Source: Octopus sinensis
Lineage: Eukaryota
Direction: 5' to 3'
Length of the DNA stretch: 64,000 nucleotides
Assembly: GCF_006345805.1 (NCBI RefSeq)
Contig: NC_043026.1
Location: 4,464,001 to 4,528,000 of the forward strand
Shown: positions 54,078 to 64,000 of the stretch, piece by piece
Numbering within the stretch: the first letter of the stretch is position 1
Layout: each line of letters begins with the position of its first letter
The notes under the pieces: generated by a model
What the model saw: only the letters and a program-made list of their open reading frames with translations
The model's database searches: none
What the model was told of the DNA's origin: nothing
Translations under genes and position numbers: made by a program

Positions 54078-54241
54078 TATATATATATATAAATAAGAAA
54101 ATGGAGGAACAAATTCATTTCGATCATCAACTTACGGATATTACAATTTCATATTATTTATTAATTATACAAATAGGAACATGAAAATGGAACAAAACAA
54201 TATACATCAATATGCAAATTAATAATAAAATATATGTAAAT

Positions 54242-54301
<60 letters not shown>

Positions 54302-55372
54302 TGTTATGGACCTCCGAAAGTTGCTACGGAATCCCACCTGCCGTCGCTCGAACTCGAACCCGGGATCCCAACAAGTCAAGCGACGACGATTGACCAGGCT
54401 CGATCGATCAGCAAAAGTTCGCCACGGAACTCAGAGAGGAGAGAGATAACAACAACAACAACAGCAGCAGGAAGAGACACAGAGGCAATCGGCTTACATT
54501 TAACCTACTAGTTTATATGACTATTACAACAAATACAATGTGATACATCAGGTAGATACAAGCAACAGAATCAACAGCATGCAGATGCAATATAACAACT
54601 GCATTTAAAGAAAACACATGCAAGAAACAGGTATACAACAGATCGAAGCATTTAAACATGCAGATACAATATACACGTCGAATCAAACAAATCAATACAT
54701 TATACAATGTTCATAGACAAATAATTCACGTTACAATTAACGTACACATTAACGATACGGTTTATAGTTCTTTTCTTGTCTTTTTCCTTCTTTTTTTGTA
54801 ACGCGTATCAATGCAATTCAATTGTTCCTTATGACACATCAACAAGTCCTTTACTCACTTCTGTAACAGTTCGTTATAATCTCTTTACATAATTCACATA
54901 TCAACATACAATTAAACACATACCGTCCAACAGCCAATGCCTCACACTGTAGTCCATCTCTATTAGCTGTTTAATCCTATGTGTATATCCTCCTCAACCC
55001 CTCATCCTCTCACTGTCTCCTGTCGTTCTCAACACTGTCCTGTCACTATCTCGCCTGTCATCTCTCATGACTGTGTGTCTGTCTTTCTCTGCGCTTCCCT
55101 CTCGCATCTTACTACCCCAATCTCTCGGATGGAACTCTCAACTGCCTTTTCATCTCTCACAGCAGAAACAACTTGCTCTGTCCTCGACTTCCGGCCGACT
55201 GTGTTTACAGCTCAAAGTTCCTCCCTTTTAAGGGGTATTTACAACGAACTCTCCCTGACCGGCACAAGGCCAAAGGTCCCCTAAAAGCTCATTACTCCTT
55301 CGTGAATCCGACAGAACAATCGGTTTATCCCAAAGTAGGTCGCAACCAACTGTCCTTAAGTTGAACTCAACA
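54302..55372. mobile_element. Probable solo LTR (~1.07 kb)
   Basis: TGTT...AACA termini, non-coding interior, flanked by atatat on both sides within a TA tract. Confidence 0.55.
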
Positions 55373-55547
55373 ATATATATGTGTATATATGTGTATATGT
55401 GTATATATATATATGTGTGTGTATATGTATATAAATATGTGTATATATGTATATATATATTTATATGTATATATATATTTATATTTATATTCGTTTTTCT
55501 TGTTTCAGCTCAGAGCTGATGCACCGCTGTTTTATGCTACACTGTTA

Positions 55548-56690
55548 TTACGAAGAGCCTCCTCTAATATGTCGCACTTGGTGAAGAATGGAGTTTGATA
55601 CAGCTACTCTCATTTGCACCTCTTGCCGTGAGGTAGGTTCATCTGGGACTCTCGACAGGTAGCTGTCCAGCTTTGATTTAAAACCCACTACATCTACTTT
55701 GTGTAAGTTCCTCAGACTCTTTGAGAGAATATTAAAAAGCTGTGGGCCCTTGAAACCCAGGCTATTGCAGAAGCTGGTCCTGAAGCGTGATGGCATTGCT
55801 GGGATCTTTGGCACTATGCTTTGTTGTCCCGTTCTAGCAAAGGTGTAGCTTATAATGCCAAATTTTGGCACAATTCCTTCCAGGATCTTCCGGATATATA
55901 TTACTGCATACCTCTCCCGTCTTCTCTCCAGGGGTAGAGTCTTAGCTGTTTCAACCTTTCCCAGTATCTGAGCTGTTACAAAGAGACGATCTTCTTCGTG
56001 AATCTCCTCTGGATTGCTTCAAGGTCCACTGTTAATTTCACAATGGTTGCTGACCATAGCTGTGAGCAGTAATCCAGGCTGCTGAGGACGAATGTCCGCC
56101 AGAGGACCATCATGGTTTCCTTATCTCTGGTTCTGAATGTTCTTAGGATCCATCCAGCCAGTCGTCTGCACTTTGTCGCCATCCTGGTAATGAGCACTTG
56201 GAAAGAGGTATCCTCACTCATGTCGATACCCAGGTCCCTCACAGACTTAGGCTCTGGGATTGAAATTCCCTGTGGACCGGTGTCTCCTGTAAGTTTAATA
56301 TTCAGTTTTGGATTCTGGTAGTGCAGGCCTGGAATTTTTCAGTATTAAACTGCATATTATTATCCTCAGCCCATCTGTAGATTGAGTCCAACTCCTGCTG
56401 CAGGTGTGCAACATCGCTGGGGTTCTGTATTTTCTGCGAGACTTTCGTATCGTCTGCATAGCTTGCCAGAGTGGCTATCCGGGCATTTGAGTGCATATCT
56501 GAGAGGGCCACTATAAAAAGCAGTGGTCCCAAGACAGTGCCCTGTGGAACACCACTCACTATTTGTGTGTTCATTGAGGTGGCTCCATTAACCACTACTG
56601 CCTGACTCCTATCTTTCAGGAAGTCATGTAACCACACTCCAAGTTTTCCAGCTATGCCGAGGTCACAAAGTTTGTGGCATATCATATGGT
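55548..56690 (-). mobile_element. CR1-group LINE, RT through C-terminus, frameshifted
   Basis: GVPQGTVLGPLLF, SYADDTK, RDLGIDMS, LDYCSQLW and FKSKLDSYLSRVPDEP. Confidence 0.9.
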
Positions 56691-58690
56691 TCTCTTACGT
56701 GCCACCGGCACTGGTATCACCGCTACAATTTCTATTGATGTTGATCGATTTTGATTTTGATTTTCACTTGCTTCAACAGGTCTTCACAAGTAGAGTTTTG
56801 TGTCCCAAGAAGGAAAGGTATGCATAAGTGGACTGAGGCAATGGGTTATGGTCTCACTTGTCCTGCCGGGGCTTCTCACGCACAGCATACTTCCAAAGGT
56901 CTCTAGTCATTTCCTCGGTGAGACCTAAAGTTCGAAGGTCGTGCTTCACCACCTTATCCCAGGATTTCCCAGGTTTACCTCTTCCACAGGTTCCCTCAAC
57001 CGCTAGGGTGTGGCACTTTTTCACACAACTATCTTCATCCATTCTCACCACATGACCATACCAGCGCAAACGTCTCTCTTGCACACCACAACTGATGCTT
57101 CTTAGGTCCAGCTTTTCTCTCAAGGTACTTACACTCTGTCGAGTATGAACACTGACATTACATATCCATTGGAGCATACTGGTTTCATTTCTTGCAAGCT
57201 TACGCATATCCTCAGCAGTCACGGCCCGTGTTTCACTGCCATGTAGCATGGCTGTTTGTACACATGCGTCATACAGTCTGCCTTTTACTCTGAGCGAGAG
57301 GCCTTTTGTCCCTAGCGGAGGTAAGAGCTCCCTGAACTTTGCCCAGGCTATTCTTACTCTAGCAGTTACACTTTCAATACACCGCCACCTCTACTGACTT
57401 GGTCACCTAGGTAACAGAAGCTATCAACTATTTCTAGTTTTTTCCCTGGAATGTGGCGGAAAATGGTCTCTGCGTATTTCCAGTGTTTATTGCTCCAGAG
57501 CATCTGCCACATACAAAAACTATTTTCCGAGTTAGCCTTCCCTTGACGTTGCTGCACCTCTTATGTGTCCATAGCTTACACTTGGTGCATCTTATAGAGT
57601 TTCTACCTACGCCTTTTCTACAGATCGAGCAGGGCCATCTACCTGAAAGCGTTTGTGACTTGTCTACCTTACCTACTTATTAGGACTTTGGTTTTAGCTA
57701 GGTTGACTCTAAGGCCTTTCAATTCTAATCCTTGCTTCCACACCTGAAACTTCTCCTCCAGTTCTGATAGTGACTCAGCAATTAGAGCAAGGTCATCAGC
57801 ATAGAGGAGCTCCCAGGGGCATCCTGTCTTGAATTCCTCCGTTATTGCTTGGAGGACTATGATAAATAGGAGGGGCCTGAGTACTGAAACTTGGTGAACC
57901 CCAACCTCTACTCGGAATTCTTCACTGTACTCGTTGCCAACCCTCACCTTACTAGCAGCGTCCCTGTACATGGCTTTCACAGCTCTCACTAACCATTCAT
58001 CTATCCCTAGTTTCCCCATTGACCACCAGATAAGGGATCGGGGGACCCTGTCGAAGGCTTTCTCCATGTCAACGAAAGCCAGGTACAGGGGCTTATCTTT
58101 GGCTAGATATTTCTCCTGCAGCTGTCTTACTAGGAATATGGCATTAGTGGTGCTTTTCCCTGGCATGAATCCAAACTGCATCTCATCTAAACTAACTCTC
58201 TCTCTAATTAGTTGGGCTATGACCCTCTCCGTAACCTTCATTACTTGATCCAACAGCTTGATACCTCTGTAATTATTTGTATCTAGGGTGTCACCTTTAC
58301 CTTTGTAGCAGTTGACTATTATGCTGCTACACCAGTCATTGGATATGACTCCTTCGTGTATCACCTGGTTAACTATACGGGTGACTAGGCTATAGCCGAC
58401 ACTACCAGATATGTTGAGCATCTCTGCAGTACCTCCTGATGGGCCTGGGGCTTTCTTTGTCTTCATGCTACAAATTGCCTTAACTACCAAGGAACTGTCA
58501 ACTCGGATATCTGGTCCCTCTGTTGGGTCGACATTCGGCAGACTCTCTTTATCCCATTCATTTTCTTTATTCAGCAACCTTTCATAGTGGCGTCTCCAAG
58601 CCTCTCTCCTTGCATCCTCGTTTAGCGCTAGTGAACCATCATCCATGCGAACACATTTCTCTCCTACCACATCACGATTCTCTCTCACAC
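56690..58690 (-). mobile_element. RTE-clade LINE with an open 339-aa RT core (57669-58688)
   Basis: Same family as 44120-46095. It is 5'-truncated at a (TA)n tract and its distal 3' UTR is missing at the CR1 junction. Confidence 0.93.
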
Positions 58691-58811
58691 ACTGTCTTGC
58701 AACATATATGTATATATATAAATATATTTATATGTGTATATATATGTGTGTATATATATATATAAAGATATATATATATATAATATATATATATATATAT
58801 TATTATATATA

Positions 58812-58886
<75 letters not shown>

Positions 58887-58918
58887 ATATATATACTTTA
58901 TATATACATATATATACA

Positions 58919-58968
<50 letters not shown>

Positions 58969-58984
58969 TATTATATATATAACA

Positions 58985-60820
58985 TTCATCATATCGTAGT
59001 TTACGTCCGTTCTCCATGCTAGCATGGGTTGGACGGTTCGACCGGGGTTCTGGGAAGCCAGAAGGCTGCAATAGGCTCCAGTCTAATTTGGCAATGTTTC
59101 TACAGCTGGATGCCCTTCCTACGCCAAAACTCGTGAGTGTAGTGGGTTGCTTTTTACGTGCCACTGCACAGGTGCCAGGCTGGGCTGGCAACGGCCACGG
59201 TCAGATTGGTGTATTTAGTGCCAACGGCACGGAAGCCAGACGGCGGTGCTGCACGGCACGAGTTGGATAGTGCTTTTTACGTACAACCAGACCAGGGATC
59301 CTGCTGGTTCAATCGATTTCGCTTGATCCCAACTGTCTTCACAAGCAAAGGGGGGGGGGTTGGCAAGGGTGCCTGTCATACGGTCGCATTGGAGTATTTT
59401 ACGTGCCACGGCCACGAGTCGGATAGTGCTTTTTACGTACCACCAGACCAGGGATCCTGGCTGGTTCAATTCGATTCGATTTCGCTTGCCCCAACATGTA
59501 TTCACAAGCAAAGGGGGTTGGCATGGGTTGCCTGTCGTACGGTCGCATTGGAGTATTTTACGTGCCACGGCCATGAGTCGGATAGTGCTTTTTAGTACCA
59601 CAGGCCAGGGATCCTGGTGGTCAATTCGGTTTCGATTTCGATTTCGCTTGCCCCAACATGTCTTCGCAAAAGATGGGGGGTTGCATGGGTGTCTGTCGTC
59701 GGATGAGGTTCTATATCGACTTCGCTTGCTCAGCCGGTCTTTGTGTCCAAGGGAGGAAAGGCATTCATAAGTGGGCTGGCTCACTTGTCCTGCCTGGTCT
59801 TCTCACGTACAGAATATTCAAAGGTCTCGGTCTCTGGTCATTTCCCGTGTGAGGCCTAAAGTTCGAAGGTCGTGCTTCACCACCTCTCCCAGGTTTCCTG
59901 GTCTACCTCTCCCACGGGTCCCTCAACTGCCAGGGATGGCACTTTCTCACAACCTATCTTCATCCATTCTCGCCACATGACCATACCAGCGCAATCGTCT
60001 CTCTTGCACACCAAACTGATGCTTCTTAGGTACAACATTTCTCTCAAGGTGCTAACGCTCTGTCGAGTATGTACACTGACATTACACATCATCGGAGCAT
60101 ACTGGCTTCATTCCTCACGAGCTTACGCATGTCCTAGCAGTCACGGCCCATGTTTCGCTGCCATGTAGCATGGCTGTTCGTACCACGCATCATACAGTTG
60201 CCTTTACTCTGAGCGAGAGGCCTTTAGTCACCAGCAGAGGTAAGAGCCCTAAACTTTGCCCAGGCTATTTATTCTAGCAGTTACCTTTCAGCGCACCCAC
60301 CCCCACTTACGGACTTGGTCACCTAGATAACGGAAGCTATCAACTACTTCTAGTTTTTCCCCCTGGAAAGTGACGGAAGTTGTTTTCTGCAGATTTTCGG
60401 AGGTTAATGCTCCCGAGCATCTGCCACATACAAAAATATTTCCCAGTTAGCCTACCTTTGACATTGCTGCACCTCTTATGTGTCCATAGCTTACACTGGG
60501 TACATCTTATAGAGTTTACCTACACCTTTTCTACAGATCGAGCAGGGCCATCTTCTGAAGATATTTGTGGATTGTCTACCTTTCTACTTATTAGTACTTT
60601 GGTTTTAGCTAGGTTGACTCTAAGGCCCCTTGATTCTAAACCCTCCTTCCACACCTGGACTTCTCCTCCAGTTCTGATAGTGACTCAGCAATAAGAGCAA
60701 GGTCGTCAGCGTAGAGGAGCTCCAGGGACAGCCTGTTTTGAATTCCTCCGTAATTGCTGGAGAGTACTATGATAAATAGGAGGGGGTGAGTACTGAACCC
60801 TGGTGGACCCCAACCTCTAT
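58985..60820 (-). mobile_element. RTE-clade LINE, shorter 5'-truncated copy with an expanded 3' UTR
   Basis: Starts at GVHQG, with LLYADDL; frameshifted. The 3' end with short gat repeats is at ~58985-59030. Confidence 0.88.
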
Positions 60821-60925
60821 ACATAATATATATATATAATATATACATATATATAATATATATTATATATATATATATATATATTATATACATATATATA
60901 TAATATATATTATACATATATATAT

Positions 60926-60971
<46 letters not shown>

Positions 60972-61577
60972 TACATATATATAATAATATATACATATAT
61001 ATATAATATATTATATATATATAGAACATATTATATATTATATATTACGTTTAAATATTTGTTGTGCAAGATTTTTTATGTGAAGTCGTGTGTTGTGAAA
61101 CAGATATTGTAATTTCGGAATGGTCATATTGCAGTTTAGCCAAAAAAACACACGCACTATATATTGGTGTTATTTTGCTTCAGTGATATTTTTTATTTAC
61201 ATAATCTTAATCTTATTTCGGCCAAAGTTCTTTCGTCACACTCCTGTGACCGCATCAGTGGTCCTTTGTTTTCTCACTTACTTGTGTCTCTCCTTACTAA
61301 CCGTCAGCCATTTTGATTTTATGTATGTCTTCATTTGCGCATGCTTATATCTCTATGTGCGTCTATGTTATTTAGTGTGTGTGTGGGGGGGATGCCTGTA
61401 ATATTTGTATCTTCTGGTTATATAAATTCTTTGTAATTGTATTTTGTTTTTTGTGTGTTGCTTTTGTTCTAATTTTGTTCATGTGTTTACATCCACCCAT
61501 TATTAATCATTACATATGCTTGTATGTATGTATAACTAACAATATTAGTAACAATAATAATAAATCTAATCGAAAAA

Positions 61578-61629
<52 letters not shown>

Positions 61630-61699
61630 ATATATATAGTTATTCATTTCTATTTCTTTAATTATCTGTGTATTTATTATGTTTGCAGGATCCACTATC

Positions 61700-63160
61700 G
61701 TCATATGTTGTGGTGTGTGCTATTGCTCCATTCTAGTTTTCTATTCAGGCTAGGTTTATTTCTATTATATGTGTAGCTTCTGTAATTTGTCTAATTGTTG
61801 CATCTGTTCTATGTGTGGACAATATCTTAATCTCTATGTTATTGATTGATCCCCCGTGTTCTTGTTCGGCGTGTTGGTACAGAATCGATGAGCTTTTACC
61901 TTCCTTGAGTTGTCTCCAATGTTCATTCACCCCTCTCCAATGCTTCTTGCTGTTTCCCCTACGTATGTTACTGTCTTGTTACTGCATCGTCCCTCTATAC
62001 ATCTTATATATAGACCACATTTCTGGCTTTACAGTTTGTTTGTGGGCTAAATCTACATACAGTGCAATAGTTACGTACAGAGAGTTCTACTAAAAGGATA
62101 GGTTCTACCCATTATAGATTGATAGGGTTGCCTGGCTTTTCAACAACCATTAATTCTTAGTTTAAGTTTATCTAGGGTCCTTCTAAAGCGGTACGCCAGT
62201 TCACCTCCAGGGGTGGTGTCAACGAACATGACACTCTGGTATTTATGGCTATCATACCAAGAGTTGGCCTTCCCTATTTTCTTTTTTGTCCTTTCTATAG
62301 TGTTCCATGACTTGTTCCTATAGAGTGGGCAAATCCCATTCCTATCATTACATAATATATTATCAAATTTCTTCATGGCTCCTTTGTATACTCTGATCCT
62401 TTTTTATGGCTGTAACCTGAGAACTGCATGCAGTGAATGAAATACTGTATGTGTCTCTTTAATTCTGTAGGCTCGCACATGCGTGACATATTTCTCATTA
62501 TTCTGACGAGGTCCGCCATCAAAATATTGAATTTGGCATTGCCCGCAATGGCTGAGTTCCGGTGGATCAGGTATTTGAGGCCATAGGTTTTGCATAGTAT
62601 GATTGAAGGATTTGGGTTTTATTTTTCACAATTTCTAGCCAGAGTTCAGTGTCTAGTACTGGTAGTCTATGGTGGGGTGTTTAGTGGGGTAGTCTATTGT
62701 GACCTTAATACTCTGGTGGATGGAGTTAGCTATTTGCTGGATGCTCTCCATAGTATTAGTTTCTATTACTATATCAACATTACTCTCTTGTGGCGGTGCC
62801 TTTACTACTATATTGATATCATCAACATAGCGAGAGTACATGTTTACGAGTATGGATTTCTGCAGTAGGCATTCTTTAAGCCTTCTGTCCCACCATACCA
62901 TGAAGAGGTTGGCCACATCACCAGCGATACTAACACCGATGGCTGCCCCCTCGTCCTGGGCATATATTTTATTATTAAATTTAAATGTGTGGCCTTTTAG
63001 GGTAACTCTTATACTAGCTCCTAGTGCATGTGCGATCATTTTCTTTACCTGATGGACATTTGCGGGGCTCCGTATGGCTCTGGTCCATCCGCGCCATCTT
63101 TCTATATGTGTCTTTCTAGCCATAGAAGTAATTGTAGGCGGTCTACCTCTTAAACATCTA
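61700..63160 (-). mobile_element. Penelope-like element: RT, Cys-containing linker and GIY-YIG endonuclease; 5'-truncated and frameshifted
   Basis: GAAIGVSIAGDVANLFM, YSRYVDD, FVDTTPGGEL, and NCKARNVVY..C...TYVGETARSIGE..NEH. Confidence 0.9.
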
Positions 63161-63300
63161 CTGGGGCAGTTACTGTTTATACCTCGCTTAGAGATTTATT
63201 ATTGTTATCGAACAGATTTTCGACGCCAGTGACTGTGTTTACAGTGAAAATCTATATATTTCTAGCCTGTGGAGGAAGTCCCTCAACGAAGAACGGTGTT

Positions 63301-63350
63301 TGCCATGCGCTGACGAGAGGCAATACCTCGAAACCGGTCTGTGTGTAGCA
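63301..63350 (+). ncRNA. Minimal type I hammerhead ribozyme, copy 1
   Basis: CTGACGA (63310-63316), GAGG-caata-CCTC, GAAA, CCG, then GTC (predicted cleavage after 63339). Stem I is atgcg/tgtgt with G-U pairs. Confidence 0.85.
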
Positions 63351-63658
63351 TCCGTTTCTTCGGGGAGGCTGATCTCCCTTTACAGGCTAGCAAGGACACT
63401 GTGATGGTGTCGGCTCTCCTGGTAACGTCTATAGTCGCCTGGGGCTAAATGCATCAGTAACACCCCCCACCACCCCGCCCTGTCCCTAGCCACATTCAGA
63501 TGGCTGGTCCCGCTTATATTACAGAGCAGTTACTGTGTTATACCTCGCTTAGAAATTATATTGTTTATCGAACAGATTTTCGACGCCAGTGACTGTGTTT
63601 ACAGTGAAAATCTATATTTCTAGCCTGTGGAGGAAGTCCCTCAATGAAGAACGGTGTT

Positions 63659-63708
63659 TGCCATGCGCTGATGAGAGGCAATACCTCGAAACCGGTCCGT
63701 GTGTAGCA
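63659..63708 (+). ncRNA. Minimal type I hammerhead ribozyme, copy 2
   Basis: CTGATGA (63668-63674), GAGG-caata-CCTC, GAAA, CCG, then GTC (predicted cleavage after 63697). Stem I is atgcg/cgtgt. Confidence 0.85.
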
Positions 63709-63922
63709 TCCGTTTCATCGGGGAGGCTGATCTCCCTTTACAGGCTAGCAAGGACACCGTGATGGTGTCGCTCTCCTGGTGACGTCTATAGTCGCCTGGG
63801 GCTAAATGCATCAGTAACACCCCACCCCCCCCGCCCTGTCCCTAGCCACATTCAGATGGCTGGTCCCACTTATATTATATATATATAATATATATTATAT
63901 ATATATACATATATATATATAT

Positions 63923-63954
<32 letters not shown>

Positions 63955-63960
63955 CTATAT

Positions 63961-64000
<40 letters not shown>

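Larger units (their letters stand above)
63166..63880 (+). repeat. Two ~360-bp tandem repeats, each with a hammerhead ribozyme
   Basis: Units start at 63166 and 63526. Confidence 0.92.

Noticed and set aside
61700-63160. Selenocysteine recoding in the PLE ORF
   Set aside because: The breaks I traced are frameshifts and TAA/TAG stops, typical of decay, and I identified no SECIS element.

Overview
This is AT-rich, repeat-dense eukaryotic DNA. The SINE and LINE families, the (TA)n/(TACA)n tracts and the C2H2 array suggest an octopus or other coleoid genome (inference). No prokaryotic features are present. Host-gene content is limited: (1) a C2H2 zinc-finger array at 0.7-1.9 kb on +, interrupted by stops and decaying at its 3' end; (2) two internal exons of CYRI/FAM49 on - (41638-41712, 37674-37796); (3) the last two coding exons of a p70 S6 kinase on + (46775-46869, 49692-49899). 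I found no other exons of either gene, so the two genes are interleaved antisense across large introns or the assembly is mis-joined. The rest is mobile DNA: tRNA-derived SINEs, RTE, CR1-group and HERO LINE remnants, Penelope-like elements (PLEs), mariner/Tc1/Tigger remnants, hAT and piggyBac-type MITEs, a Helitron and a probable solo LTR. There is one 100-N gap (15840-15939). The best lead is two ~360-bp tandem repeats, each with an intact minimal hammerhead ribozyme, next to a PLE at 63.2-63.9 kb; decayed hammerhead motifs also occur in several fold-back elements. Other notable items are a 32-bp minisatellite apparently amplified from a CR1 reverse-transcriptase segment, a SINE array with dimeric higher-order structure, and a three-finger duplication that carries the same stop codon twice.
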